64,000 bases of DNA from an uncultured Candidatus Saccharibacteria bacterium (GCA_964569655.1 CAZMTN010000001.1:220-64219); one strand, 5' to 3'; numbered from the stretch's first letter, positions 41,685 through 51,961 are shown. Notes: a model not told the origin generated them from the letters alone. A program made the numbers and translations.

Positions 41685-43982
41685 ATGAGCCACCACGAAA
41701 CATACCGAATAAAAGGCATGCATTGTGCTTCTTGCGCAGGCATCATTGAGCGAACGGTTAAGAAAGTCGAAGGAGTCGAACATGTTGAAGTGAATTACGG
41801 CACTGAAACCGCAAAGATAGCGTTTGACGAGACGAAGACAAATCCGCACCATCTTTCCGAACGGATAAAGCCGCTCGGCTACTCATTAGTTGTGCCTGTA
41901 GCGACAGCGCAGGAGATGGGCATGTCGGCCGACGAGCATGCAGCACATACCGGCGCAAACCAATCAAAGACAGAGAAGCTTGCTGAGATTAAGGATATGC
42001 GTTGGAGGGTGTTTTCGGTACTTCCGCTTGCCGCGTTCAGCATCTTCGTTATGGGCTGGGAAATGGGAGCGCAGTTCGGTTGGCTTGGCACTATTCCTGA
42101 GATTTGGTATGAGTTCTTCCATCATCTACTCCCAATATTTGCGACCTACACCATGGTCGTCGTGGGGAAGCCCTATCTTCTAGGCTTCTATCGTTTCGTC
42201 AGATATGGCAAAGCCAATATGGACACGCTTATCGGTATAGGTACTTCTGTCGCCTTTCTCTATAGCTTCATCCTCACGGCCTTTGAAGAGCCGCTTCGCC
42301 CGTTTCTCAATGTTGGACAGACCTACTACGACGTAACCATTGTGGTCATAGCATTTATCGCGTTTGGCAAGTATCTTGAGGCGCGTTCAAAACTTAAGAC
42401 CGGAGCTGCAATCGAGAAGCTGCTTGGCTTGCAAGCAAAGACCGCGCTCGTCATGAGAGACGGCAAAGAGGTCGAGATGCCGATAGAGCAGGTCGTACAC
42501 AATGATTTGATCGTGGTAAAGCCGGGAGGAAAGATTCCTGTTGACGGAATCGTGACCGAGGGTAGTTCGTATGTGGATGAATCCATGGTTACTGGCGAAC
42601 CGATCGCAGTAGAGAAGAAGTCAGGCGATTCCGTAGTCGCTGGAACGATAAATACGAAAGGACACTTCGTATTCAAGGCAACCAAGGTCGGATCTGAGAC
42701 CCTGCTTGCAAGCATCATTAAGATGGTCAGCGAGGCGCAGGGAAGCAAAGCGCCGATCCAGGGACTTGCGGATAAGATTTCTAGCGTTTTCGTTCCTGTT
42801 GTTCTCGTATTCGCCGTCGTAGTATTTGGAATCTGGCTCTTTTTTGGTACGCCTGCTTTGGGCTTCGCGCAGGCGCTTACTCTCGGCCTAACCTCTTTTG
42901 TCGGCATTCTCGTTATTGCATGTCCCTGTGCGCTTGGCCTCGCTACCCCTATCGCTGTCATCGTCGGGGTGGGCAAGGGCGCTAGCGAAGGCATTCTCAT
43001 CAAGGACGCTGCAACACTTCAAAAACTTCAGAGTGTGAACACGCTCGTAGTGGATAAGACGGGAACTATAACGAAAGGGAAGCCGGAAGTCGTAGCGGTT
43101 AAAGCACATATTCGTTCGGAGAATGAAATCCTTTCAATTCTTGTGGCGCTTGAGAGTAAGTCCGAGCACCCGCTTGCAAGCGCGATTCTTGCCTACGCGA
43201 AACAAAAGTCCGTAGAACCAAGCGGGACTGAGAGTTTTGAGAATATAGAGGGCAAGGGCGTTCGGGGCATAGTGGCGGGTGTTGAATACTTCGCGGGGAA
43301 CCCGAAGTTGATACGTGATCTGAAGCTTGGCTTTGACACTGCCACGCTCGTAGCAAATACAAATAAAGGCTGGACTCCTATTATTCTTGCCACAAAACAT
43401 GAAGTACTAGCGGAGGTATATGTTGCTGATGCGCTCAAGCCCGAAGCGGTTGCTGCTATCAAAAAACTCCACAGCATGGGTATTTCAATCGTCATGCTGA
43501 CGGGCGATAACGCACAAACGGCTCATGCTATCGCCCAAGAGGTCGGTATTGATGAGGTCGTGGCGGAAGTTCTTCCTGACGAGAAACTTTTTAAGATAAA
43601 GGAACTGCAGGGGAAAGGACACATTGTCGCCATGGCGGGTGATGGCGTGAATGATGCCCCTGCGCTTGCTCAGGCGGATGTAGGAATCGCTATGGGCACA
43701 GGTACTGATGTTGCCATTGAGACCGCAGGCATCACGCTTCTTCACGGTGATATATCAAAGCTTGTGAAAGCCATCCGTCTGTCTCGCTTCACTATGACTG
43801 GTATAAAACAAAATCTTTTCTGGGCGTTCTTCTACAACCTAGTGGGCATACCGATTGCCGCAGGTATCTTGTATCCGTTCTTTGGTCTGCTCTTGTCTCC
43901 TGTTATTGCGGGACTCGCCATGGCATTCTCAAGCGTTTCAGTCGTGCTCAATTCACTTCGTCTTAAATCCGTCAGACTCTAA
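41685..43982 (+). CDS. copA: copper-translocating P1B-type ATPase
   Basis: N-terminal [12 protein letters not shown]; CPC in TM6 (ACPCALG); DKTGT; [10 protein letters not shown]; 765 aa. Confidence 0.9.
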   Translation: MSHHETYRIKGMHCASCAGIIERTVKKVEGVEHVEVNYGTETAKIAFDETKTNPHHLSERIKPLGYSLVVPVATAQEMGMSADEHAAHTGANQSKTEKLAEIKDMRWRVFSVLPLAAFSIFVMGWEMGAQFGWLGTIPEIWYEFFHHLLPIFATYTMVVVGKPYLLGFYRFVRYGKANMDTLIGIGTSVAFLYSFILTAFEEPLRPFLNVGQTYYDVTIVVIAFIAFGKYLEARSKLKTGAAIEKLLGLQAKTALVMRDGKEVEMPIEQVVHNDLIVVKPGGKIPVDGIVTEGSSYVDESMVTGEPIAVEKKSGDSVVAGTINTKGHFVFKATKVGSETLLASIIKMVSEAQGSKAPIQGLADKISSVFVPVVLVFAVVVFGIWLFFGTPALGFAQALTLGLTSFVGILVIACPCALGLATPIAVIVGVGKGASEGILIKDAATLQKLQSVNTLVVDKTGTITKGKPEVVAVKAHIRSENEILSILVALESKSEHPLASAILAYAKQKSVEPSGTESFENIEGKGVRGIVAGVEYFAGNPKLIRDLKLGFDTATLVANTNKGWTPIILATKHEVLAEVYVADALKPEAVAAIKKLHSMGISIVMLTGDNAQTAHAIAQEVGIDEVVAEVLPDEKLFKIKELQGKGHIVAMAGDGVNDAPALAQADVGIAMGTGTDVAIETAGITLLHGDISKLVKAIRLSRFTMTGIKQNLFWAFFYNLVGIPIAAGILYPFFGLLLSPVIAGLAMAFSSVSVVLNSLRLKSVRL

Positions 43983-43984
43983 TT

Positions 43985-45001
43985 ATGGAAACCTACACCT
44001 TTCATGTTCAAGGAATGCACTGCAAGTCCTGCATCGCTCTTACGGAGGGAGAGTTGATGGATCTGCCTGAGGTTACTCACGCGCAGTCTTCGCTTAAAAC
44101 GCATACGGTAGAAGTAACCGGAGAATTCGATAACCGAACGCCTGAGCAGATTGCGCAGTTTCTTACGGAACCATTGAAGCGTCATGGGTATAGCCTGCAC
44201 GTAGAGAAGCAGGCGCACCGCGTACGCTGGAGCGACTTCACGTACGCTATCCCGATTGCTGCGATTTTTATCGGGCTTTTCATCGTTCTTCAGAAGCTCG
44301 GTATCGTAAACCTCGTTGGAGGAGGGGATATGACGTACACAACAGCCTTCGTCATCGGCCTTATCGCTTCGGTGTCTACATGCATGGCGGTTGTTGGCGG
44401 CCTTGTACTTTCCATGTCAGCAAGTTATGCCAAAGAAGGCGAAACTATGCGTCCACAGGTCCTCTTCCATATCGGCCGTCTCGTTTCGTTCTTTGTTCTC
44501 GGCGGCGTAATCGGAGCATTGGGTTCCGCATTCCAACTTGGAGGAACAGGGACCTTCATCCTCAGTTTCCTCGTCGCTATTATCCTGCTGATTTTAGGAA
44601 TTAATCTGCTTGATATATCTCCGTGGACAAAGAAACTTATCCCAACGCTACCAAGCTTCTTTGGAAAGGGAATTATTCGGCTTAAAGGAGCTACTAATGC
44701 CGTTACTCCATTCTTGATCGGTGCGGCAACGTTCTTCCTTCCTTGTGGATTTACACAATCAATGCAGCTCTACACTCTTACCACGGGCAGCTATCTCGAA
44801 GGTGCGTTAACAATGTTTGTCTTTGCACTTGGTACTCTTCCGGTTCTTGCGCTCCTTTCATTCAGTGCGCTCAGTATAAAGAGGATGCAAACGGGGGTGT
44901 TTTACAAAGCTGCTGGCCTTGTGGTGATATTCTTCGGTCTTTTTAATCTCATGAATAGTCTGGTTGCTGCAGGGCTCATTCCGCCCATCATCAGCTTCTA
45001 G
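43985..45001 (+). CDS. HMA domain fused to DsbD_2-like multi-pass membrane protein
   Basis: N-terminal GMHCKSCIAL metal-binding domain; TMs carrying VSTCMAVVGG and FFLPCGF Cys motifs. Confidence 0.65.
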   Translation: METYTFHVQGMHCKSCIALTEGELMDLPEVTHAQSSLKTHTVEVTGEFDNRTPEQIAQFLTEPLKRHGYSLHVEKQAHRVRWSDFTYAIPIAAIFIGLFIVLQKLGIVNLVGGGDMTYTTAFVIGLIASVSTCMAVVGGLVLSMSASYAKEGETMRPQVLFHIGRLVSFFVLGGVIGALGSAFQLGGTGTFILSFLVAIILLILGINLLDISPWTKKLIPTLPSFFGKGIIRLKGATNAVTPFLIGAATFFLPCGFTQSMQLYTLTTGSYLEGALTMFVFALGTLPVLALLSFSALSIKRMQTGVFYKAAGLVVIFFGLFNLMNSLVAAGLIPPIISF

Positions 45002-45010
45002 GATATACTT

Positions 45011-45403
45011 ATGGACATGAAGAATCTGCCTCTTGCCGCCTCGATTCTTATCGCCGCCATTGTTATAGGAGGGGCGGTACTATTCGGTAAAAATACAGAT
45101 ACGCCAACACCGGCGCAGAATGTGACCATAGAAGGGGATCAGCAGATAATCGTGGTTACCGCAAAAGGCGGTTATGCTCCCAAGTTGACTACGGCAAAGG
45201 CAAATACTCCGACCGTGCTTCGAGTCAAAACAGACGGTACCTACGACTGCACTGCGTCGGTGAACATTCCAAGTCTTGGGATCAGCAAGGTTCTGGAACC
45301 CACTGCAGTAACAGAAATAGTAGTTCCCCCGCAGCAGGCAGGATCGGAACTTAAGGGGACGTGTGCAATGGGAATGTACAATTTTTCCATAAAGTTCATG
45401 TAA
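45011..45403 (+). CDS. cupredoxin-like domain protein, membrane anchored
   Basis: N-terminal TM then beta-rich domain with C...TCAMGMY copper-ligand-like pattern. Confidence 0.55.
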   Translation: MDMKNLPLAASILIAAIVIGGAVLFGKNTDTPTPAQNVTIEGDQQIIVVTAKGGYAPKLTTAKANTPTVLRVKTDGTYDCTASVNIPSLGISKVLEPTAVTEIVVPPQQAGSELKGTCAMGMYNFSIKFM

Positions 45404-45413
45404 ATAGCGGAGT

Positions 45414-45851
45414 ATGATAATACACACGAACAGAAAGCTGATATCTGCATTCAACCGAGTTCGAGTCGAACAAAATATTGTAGCTATAGTAGCGAGCACT
45501 CTTTTGCTTTTCGGTATGGTGCTATGCGCGGTAAATATCGCTCTCATACAAAACCATTCTGTCCAGGAAAGTTTCTCGCACGTTTGTCTTACTCCTGATC
45601 TTGGCGAATGCGCCGGTATAGCTGAGCACCTTACGCATTGGCAGGCAATGTCTACAGCAGTTTTGGTGAATACACTTTCGTTCTTATCGTTGCTTGCGCT
45701 TGTCGCTATCGCCTCCTTGCATAGGCATCGACTTGCGCTATCGCTTCTGTCTGCGCGCCTGCGGTTGCCTTCACGAAGGCCTCCTGTGTTTCTTCCCACC
45801 CTTTTTCAAATGCTTTTTTCCAAAGGCATCCTTCACTCTAAGGCTTTCTAG
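45414..45851 (+). CDS. hypothetical membrane protein
   Basis: 145-aa ORF, 2-3 TM; weak. Confidence 0.3.
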   Translation: MIIHTNRKLISAFNRVRVEQNIVAIVASTLLLFGMVLCAVNIALIQNHSVQESFSHVCLTPDLGECAGIAEHLTHWQAMSTAVLVNTLSFLSLLALVAIASLHRHRLALSLLSARLRLPSRRPPVFLPTLFQMLFSKGILHSKAF

Positions 45852-45890
45852 AGAATCGTTCGGTGCGCGTTACTACGTTAACTAATCTCT

Positions 45891-46259
45891 ATGGACACAA
45901 CAATGAAAATCGTTCTCGCAGTAGTTATTGGCGCCATTCTTGGTGCAGGAGGGGTCATGGTTTTTGCGAAGCCGGAGGCAACAAAACCTGTTGCCGATTC
46001 AGGAACGCCTGCTCCTATGCATGGCGCAACGCCTGATGCTATGGTTCAGGCACTCAAAGCTGAAACAGGTAGCGCACGAGATGAAGCGTTTCTTGAGAAC
46101 ATGATTGTTCATCACCAGTCAGCGATAGACATGTCTAAGGTTCTTCTTGAAAGCACCAAGCGCCCTGAGCTACAGCAACTTGCGAAGGACATTATCTCCG
46201 CTCAGACTAAGGAGATAGAAATGATGCAGAATTGGCTAAAGACTTGGTATGGACGCTAA
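45891..46259 (+). CDS. DUF305 family secreted protein (CopM-like)
   Basis: signal/TM then HHQSAIDMSKVLL...SAQTKEIEMMQNWLKTWY. Confidence 0.7.
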   Translation: MDTTMKIVLAVVIGAILGAGGVMVFAKPEATKPVADSGTPAPMHGATPDAMVQALKAETGSARDEAFLENMIVHHQSAIDMSKVLLESTKRPELQQLAKDIISAQTKEIEMMQNWLKTWYGR

Positions 46260-46995
46260 GCCTACGAACACGGAGTCCACTCCGTTTGAGAAGTACTCGA
46301 CTCCGGCATCGGTATTACTCGGTGCACTTGTTATCGCCGGTGCCTTGTATTGGGGTGGTGATGCTCCGCGACCAAGTGCAGATCCGCGACAGGCTGCGGA
46401 ACAGGGGCCTTCTCAAGAACAGCTTGCGAAAGTGGCTCCTATAACAGCTGAAGACCATGTGCGTGGGAGTCGGGACGCGGAAGTATTCATTGTCGAATAC
46501 TCAGATACTGAGTGTCCGTTTTGTAAGCGCTTCCACGAGACTATGCGTCAGGTTATGAGCGAATACGAAGCAGGTGGAAAGGTAGCGTGGGTCTATCGAC
46601 ACTTTCCGCTCGACTCGCTTCACAAGAAAGCTCGAACAGAAGCTGTTGCGCTTGAATGCGCAAACGAACAAGGCGGCAATGATGCATTCTGGAAGTATGC
46701 AGACCGCTTGTTCGAGATAACGCCATCAAACGATGGATTGGATGCTGCGGAACTGCCGAAGATAGCGACCTTTGTTGGCCTTGATGCGGCAAAGTTCAGC
46801 ACCTGTCTCTCAAGTGGCAAATACGATGCTCACATCGAAGCCGATGCACAAAACGCACAGGCGACCGGAGGAAGCGGTACCCCGTGGAGCATCGTCATTG
46901 GCGCAAACGGGGATAAATTCCCACTTTCTGGAGCGCAACCTTATGAATCGGTAAGACAGATGGTAGATCGCGCGCTCGGAGCTAAACGGATATGA
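46249..46995 (+). CDS. DsbA-like thiol:disulfide oxidoreductase, membrane anchored
   Basis: TM anchor; thioredoxin-fold CPFC active site (YSDTECPFCKRFH). Confidence 0.75.
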   Translation: MDAKPTNTESTPFEKYSTPASVLLGALVIAGALYWGGDAPRPSADPRQAAEQGPSQEQLAKVAPITAEDHVRGSRDAEVFIVEYSDTECPFCKRFHETMRQVMSEYEAGGKVAWVYRHFPLDSLHKKARTEAVALECANEQGGNDAFWKYADRLFEITPSNDGLDAAELPKIATFVGLDAAKFSTCLSSGKYDAHIEADAQNAQATGGSGTPWSIVIGANGDKFPLSGAQPYESVRQMVDRALGAKRI

Positions 46996-47492
46996 GGGTC
47001 ACCATAGTGCTTGTTGCCGCAATACTTATTGCGGCACTCGGTTTCGTCATGTTATGGCGAGACGGGATTGAGAGTGAGTCGACCAAATCGTCAAAAACAA
47101 ACCGCGAAGTCGCTCTCGCGTGTACGACTGACATGGCGACTCAGTACCATATACATCCTATCTTGAGGATAATCGTAAACGGGAATGAACAACTAGTTCC
47201 CGCGGATATCGGTGTACGGAGTACCTGTATGAACGCACTGCACACGCACGACATGGTAGGGACTATTCATGTTGAGTCACCCGAACAGCGCGACTTCACT
47301 CTCGGCGATTTCTTTGCGGTCTGGGAGCAACCTTTCTCAAAGGACAAGCTACTCTCCTACGTAGCTGATGAGAATCGCCACATTCGTGTAACCGTAAACG
47401 GGAAAGAAGTGGATACCTATGAGAATACCCTCCTGAAGGATGGAGACCAGATCGTCATTAGTTATGAGAGCCTGGCCGGCGAATCTCTATGA
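46992..47492 (+). CDS. hypothetical membrane-anchored protein with paired-His motifs
   Basis: N-terminal TM; HIHP...HTHD...GTIHVE. Confidence 0.45.
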   Translation: MRVTIVLVAAILIAALGFVMLWRDGIESESTKSSKTNREVALACTTDMATQYHIHPILRIIVNGNEQLVPADIGVRSTCMNALHTHDMVGTIHVESPEQRDFTLGDFFAVWEQPFSKDKLLSYVADENRHIRVTVNGKEVDTYENTLLKDGDQIVISYESLAGESL

Positions 47493-47511
47493 AGAAGATC
47501 TCTCTCTAATA

Positions 47512-48258
47512 GTGTTAGCTATAGGAGTGGTTATAGTCGGGGTAGCTATTTTCATCTTAATCAATTCTAACGACTCGCAGGATGAATTGAGCTTAGGTGG
47601 AGAAAAAGAAATGTCGTTACAAGTATCCCCGCAATCACCCGTCGATTCGGTACTTGTTGATCGTGTGGTAATGCCGAAAGATGGATGGGCTGTAGCACGT
47701 GGCATCGAAGGCGAACGGCTCGGACAGATTATAGAAATTAGCCCTTTCTTGAAGAAAGGGACTCATGCTGATGTTGTAATACCGCTTGGTGACTTCTACA
47801 ACAATGAGGAGGTAATAGTTGTTGTTTACGAGGACAATAATGATGGTGTATTTAACGACTTGGATTTACCAACACTCGACGTGAATGGGCGAATGATTGC
47901 GGTGTACGCACGTACTGGCGAGCCCCTTCCGTCAAGTATTACCGAGGACGGATCTGGAATGACGCACTCAATGCCGGGTATGACAGAAATAGTGCGTGTA
48001 AGATATACAGACGATGGTTTTGTGCCGAAGCGGGTAGAGGTATCTGCTGGAACCATGGTCGAATTCGTGAACGAGAGTAGTTATGAGATGTGGGTAGCTT
48101 CAGACCTTCATCCCACACACGAACGACTCCCAACCTTCGATCAGTTCCGGCCGTACAAACAAGGTGGAATATACCGGTATGTATTCGATAAGCCAGGAGA
48201 ATGGTCCTACCACGACCATCTCGCTGCTGCTGAAACAGGAACAATAATCGTTAAATAA
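47512..48258 (+). CDS. membrane-anchored protein with C-terminal cupredoxin-like domain
   Basis: GTG start just after upstream stop (alt. ATG 47440 overlaps upstream gene); C-terminal EWSYHDHLAAAETGTIIV. Confidence 0.5.
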   Translation: MLAIGVVIVGVAIFILINSNDSQDELSLGGEKEMSLQVSPQSPVDSVLVDRVVMPKDGWAVARGIEGERLGQIIEISPFLKKGTHADVVIPLGDFYNNEEVIVVVYEDNNDGVFNDLDLPTLDVNGRMIAVYARTGEPLPSSITEDGSGMTHSMPGMTEIVRVRYTDDGFVPKRVEVSAGTMVEFVNESSYEMWVASDLHPTHERLPTFDQFRPYKQGGIYRYVFDKPGEWSYHDHLAAAETGTIIVK

Positions 48259-48262
48259 CGAC

Positions 48263-48868
48263 ATGTTCAGTCTTCTAGGGAAAGCGGTTCTATTCGTTGG
48301 AATGTTTATCTTCATTTTCGTTCTTACCTTCGCTGTTCTATCAGACTTAGGTTTAGCGCCTGAAATTCCAACAAATACAGTTGTTCAGGTGGAAAGGGAG
48401 AAGTCTCTTCCGACAAAACCGCAACGGGCAGAAACACCCGTCAGGATTGTTGCGAGAGATATTGGTTTGGACGCTCCTATCGTCAATCCAGACAGTAAAG
48501 AAATTAAAGTCCTAGATAAGGCCTTGTTATCTGGCGCTGTACGTTATCCCGGCACGGCGATGCTGGGGACTGAAGGTACTTCGCTTCTCTTCGGTCATTC
48601 AAGCTATTTACCACTTTTGCAGAACAATGCATACAAGACCTTTAATGACATTCAAAAACTCGAGCAAGGAGCAATCATTAGTGTCTACTCTGACGAGCTA
48701 GAGTATCGTTATGAGGTTATACGCGTTGAGCAAGCAAATGCAACTGCCGATCGTATTACTTTGGAAAACGACGGTAGGTACATAAAGTTGGTTACATGTA
48801 ACTCATTCGGCAGTAAAGAAGATCGATTTGTAGTAACAGCAGTTTTTGTTGCTGCGTATTCTTCGTAA
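48263..48868 (+). CDS. sortase family transpeptidase
   Basis: N-terminal TM; LLFGHSSY His region; catalytic LVTCNSF (TLxTC) motif. Confidence 0.7.
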   Translation: MFSLLGKAVLFVGMFIFIFVLTFAVLSDLGLAPEIPTNTVVQVEREKSLPTKPQRAETPVRIVARDIGLDAPIVNPDSKEIKVLDKALLSGAVRYPGTAMLGTEGTSLLFGHSSYLPLLQNNAYKTFNDIQKLEQGAIISVYSDELEYRYEVIRVEQANATADRITLENDGRYIKLVTCNSFGSKEDRFVVTAVFVAAYSS

Positions 48869-48875
48869 AGTCTTT

Positions 48876-48906
48876 ATATAGAAGCAACAGCTTCTATATT
48901 TTTTAT
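48876..48906 (+). terminator. intrinsic terminator
   Basis: ATATAGAAGC-AACA-GCTTCTATAT + TTTTTT. Confidence 0.75.
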
Positions 48907-49012
48907 CGTATTGTTTTTGCAATACGAACAAAGAAATAAGAGCCAACAAGGAAAGAAATGATACTAACAACTATTAATACGAAAATGGCACAAGAATCTT
49001 AGGGACGACTCT

Positions 49013-49456
49013 CTACTGCAAGTACAGTCTTTTTTCCTTCAGCACCAGCTTGCTTCTCAGATGGCTCAGTACCTCCCGCTTTTCATATACTGATCGTTTT
49101 CGTAGGATGTGCTTCGCGTAGTTCCGGATATCTATCTCCTTAATCCTTACCTTCTCCCTTACCTCACGTCCTAACACCGATTCTTGGAACTCATTGTGCG
49201 CCTGTATCTCGTTCCTGATCCGATCCTTCATGCCGATCTCGTCGAGCGATACTGTGTCCAATATTTCCGCCAGCTGTTCTGTCAGTTCTTCCTCGCGTAT
49301 ATAGCCGCACTGACAGAATTTGTCCTTGAACTTCGTGCATCCGTAGTAGACGTAGCGGCTGGTCGTCCCATCTTTAAGCTTCTTGAATTTCTCGTCTGCC
49401 GTTACTCCCGATCCGCAGAGGCCGCAGGTGATCATGCGCGTGAAGGCGAATATCAA
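49013..49456 (-). pseudogene. large serine recombinase, C-terminal fragment only (zinc-ribbon + coiled-coil)
   Basis: ITCGLCG...YVYYGCTKFKDKFCQCG recombinase zinc beta-ribbon pattern; 147 aa vs ~450-550 for intact enzyme; catalytic N-domain absent. Confidence 0.5.
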
Positions 49457-49548
49457 GAAGGCGCAATCGGCCCGCCGGAAGGGTTGAGAGCAGGGTCCGT
49501 CCTCGATTCACGTATGCCTCAAATGGGCCGCGATGATACACTTCAGGC

Positions 49549-50094
49549 ATGAATACCAAGATCACCATCGCGCTCATCGTGCTGCTCGCGCTCATCGGGG
49601 GATATTTCTGGCTCCAAGAGAAGGAGTCGGCTCCCGAAGTACTGTCATTCGAGGACTGCGTCGAAGCCGGATACCCGGTCGCCGAGAGCTACCCGCGCCA
49701 GTGCATGACGCCTGACGGACGCACGTACGCGGAAGAGATACCGGTCGCGCCGACGTACGTTAATGCCTCAGCTGACCTGATCCGCGTCGAGACCCCGTTC
49801 CCCGGAGCGGTAACCGGAAAGACGTTCAGCGTCATGGGGGAGGCGCGAGGGTACTGGTACTTCGAGGCCTCATTTCCGATTGAGCTCCTCGATGCGAACG
49901 GCAATGTCCTCGATACGGAAGTCGCGCAGGCGCAGGAAGAATGGATGACCGAGGAGTTCGTCCCGTTCTCGGTGATGCTCACGGCGCCCGAGTCCTATAT
50001 CGGTCCGGCAACGCTCGTCCTCCATAGGGATAATCCCTCCGGCCTCCCGGAGAACGACGCCTCCATCCGGATTCCAATCACGGTCGAGTACTAG
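49549..50094 (+). CDS. secreted Gmad2-like immunoglobulin-fold protein
   Basis: signal/TM anchor; FEASFPIELLDANGNVL...LVLHRDNPSG. Confidence 0.55.
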   Translation: MNTKITIALIVLLALIGGYFWLQEKESAPEVLSFEDCVEAGYPVAESYPRQCMTPDGRTYAEEIPVAPTYVNASADLIRVETPFPGAVTGKTFSVMGEARGYWYFEASFPIELLDANGNVLDTEVAQAQEEWMTEEFVPFSVMLTAPESYIGPATLVLHRDNPSGLPENDASIRIPITVEY

Positions 50095-50097
50095 TCC

Positions 50098-50418
50098 GTG
50101 AATGAACGTATGACGGGCACATCCATCTCCGGCGGCACGGCGCACAAGCTGCCGCCCGACATGCAGAAGGCGCTCGCCTCGAGCCGGGCAGCGCTTGCAG
50201 CTTGGGAAGGCCTCACGCCGCTCGCCCGTAACGAATGGATCTGCTGGACTATCTCCGTGAAGAAGGAAGAGACGAGAAAGGAGCACCTGAAGCGATTCAC
50301 CGAGGAGCTCAAGGAGGGGAAGCGCCGCCCGTGCTGCTGGATCGGCTGCATCCACCGCACCGATAAGAAGATGAGTCCGTCAGTGAAAGGCATCCTCTCC
50401 AAGCGTTCCAAGAAGTAA
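50098..50418 (+). CDS. YdeI/OmpD-associated family protein
   Basis: LPPDMQKAL...GLTPLARNEWICWTISVKKEETRKEHLKRF pattern. Confidence 0.6.
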   Translation: MNERMTGTSISGGTAHKLPPDMQKALASSRAALAAWEGLTPLARNEWICWTISVKKEETRKEHLKRFTEELKEGKRRPCCWIGCIHRTDKKMSPSVKGILSKRSKK

Positions 50419-50475
50419 CGGGCCGCAACGTCCGGCCCCTTCGCGTGGTTATACGGGACAAGAGACCATACTCAT

Positions 50476-50733
50476 TTGCATATGCGAACAGACATCAGCA
50501 AGAGGCTCGGCGTGTGGGCGGTCATCGTGGCCGCGGTGCTCATGATCCCGGTCATCGGGAACTGGCCGTGGACCGCATCAGATTTCGCGCTCGGCTTCTC
50601 CCTGCTCTTCGGGTCTGCAATCGTCTACGAGCTCCTCACGAGGAACACCTATGACCAGAATCGCCGCATCGCGATCGGCGCGGCGGTATTCGCCGTACTC
50701 GCCGCGATCTGGGTGATGCTCGCCACCGGCTAG
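50476..50733 (+). CDS. small membrane protein
   Basis: 85 aa, 3 TM. Confidence 0.4.
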   Translation: MHMRTDISKRLGVWAVIVAAVLMIPVIGNWPWTASDFALGFSLLFGSAIVYELLTRNTYDQNRRIAIGAAVFAVLAAIWVMLATG

Positions 50734-50805
50734 CGCTGTACACACCCCCGCAGAGCACCCCCTGATTCTCCGGTACTCTTAATCGCATACGAATAACCTA
50801 ACCGT

Positions 50806-51189
50806 ATGGAATCAACGCTATTTCTCGCGCAGCTCTGGGGCCCGGTGCTCGTAGCGGTCGGCCTCGGATTCTTCTTCAGCCGCTCGTATTACGTGAGGGT
50901 GTACCGCGACCTCGAGAAAGGGGCATTCGCGGTCCTCTTCTTCGGGATGTTCGCCATCGGGCTCGGTACGGCGCAGATCCTCATGCATAACGCATGGGAT
51001 ACGCTTCCCGAGGTACTCATCTCGCTCCTCGGCTGGGGCGTACTCGTTAAGGGAATCATCTGCACTACGTTCCCGCGTCTTGCGGACCGGAGCGCGGATT
51101 GGGCGCTCAACGTGAAGGTCGTGCCGGCAGCCGGCGCCGTTGCGCTGCTCCTCGGCGCCTACCTCTCCTGGATCGGGTACTTCGCCTAA
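50806..51189 (+). CDS. hypothetical membrane protein
   Basis: 127 aa, 4 TM. Confidence 0.45.
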   Translation: MESTLFLAQLWGPVLVAVGLGFFFSRSYYVRVYRDLEKGAFAVLFFGMFAIGLGTAQILMHNAWDTLPEVLISLLGWGVLVKGIICTTFPRLADRSADWALNVKVVPAAGAVALLLGAYLSWIGYFA

Positions 51190-51271
51190 CCTCGGACGGA
51201 GCAAACAGGGCCTGCCTGAGCGGCAGGCCCTGTTTGCTATACTGTTCCCGATTAACCCTTAAGACATCGTC

Positions 51272-51961
51272 ATGAAAACAGCCCTGGCCATTGTCGCTGC
51301 GCTCGCCGTCATCGGAGGCATCTACTTCCTCTATCCGGGCGCATCGAATGAGACGTTCGAGGACGCCGATACGCAGACCGTTCGGGAAGGATCTATGGAA
51401 GTATCAGAAGGAACGTACGAGGTCGTCCCGGCAGAGAGCAAGGTGAACTGGGCCGGCAAGAAGCCGCTCCTCGAAGGATACGTGAACTCAGGCTCCATCG
51501 CGGTCTCAAGCGGCACCATCGTCGTCACGGACGGCGAAGCCTCCGGCGAATTCGCGATCGACATGGATACGCTCTCCGTCTCTTCGACCCCGACCAAGCC
51601 AGGGCAGGAGAGTTCGCTCGAAGGGCATCTGAAGGGCGAGCGCTGGTTCGATGTCGCGGCGTATCCGACTACCTCCTTCAAGATTACGAACGTTTCTAAG
51701 CGCCCGGACAGCGATACCACTTTCGTCTACGACGTCACCGGGGACCTTACCCTGAAGGGCCAGACGCACGAGATCTCATTCCCGGCGCTTATCTACCAGG
51801 ACACGGAAGGCGCGCTCCATGCTGAAGCAGCATTCGAGATCAATCGCACGACCTGGGGAATCACGTCCGGATCCGCGTCCTTCTTCGACAATGTCGCGGA
51901 CAACGCGATCGACGACATGGTCGCGCTCTCGTTCACCCTTATCGCGAAGAAAGCTAACTAA
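51272..51961 (+). CDS. YceI-like domain protein
   Basis: signal peptide; YceI beta-barrel region VNWAGKKPLLEGYVNSGSI...FAIDMDTLSV. Confidence 0.7.
   Translation: MKTALAIVAALAVIGGIYFLYPGASNETFEDADTQTVREGSMEVSEGTYEVVPAESKVNWAGKKPLLEGYVNSGSIAVSSGTIVVTDGEASGEFAIDMDTLSVSSTPTKPGQESSLEGHLKGERWFDVAAYPTTSFKITNVSKRPDSDTTFVYDVTGDLTLKGQTHEISFPALIYQDTEGALHAEAAFEINRTTWGITSGSASFFDNVADNAIDDMVALSFTLIAKKAN

Larger units (their letters stand above)
36653..49460. mobile_element. putative degraded integrative island adjacent to tRNA-Gln (GC ~45-50% vs ~65% flanks)
   Basis: abrupt GC drop right after tRNA-Gln; cargo: surface protein, Cu-tolerance cluster, sortase; truncated serine-recombinase fragment at far end; GC returns to ~65% after 49460. 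Confidence 0.5.

Noticed and set aside
48180-48258. Possible sortase sorting signal LAAAETG at the C-terminus of the cupredoxin-like protein
   Set aside because: It is not a canonical LPXTG/LAXTG and is followed by only 5 residues, with no hydrophobic anchor or charged tail.
36653-49560. Direct repeat of tRNA-Gln 3' end marking the distal att site
   Set aside because: It was searched by eye around 48900-49560 and no convincing match to GGTTCGAATCCTAGTCCCGCAG was found. Island borders therefore rest on composition only.
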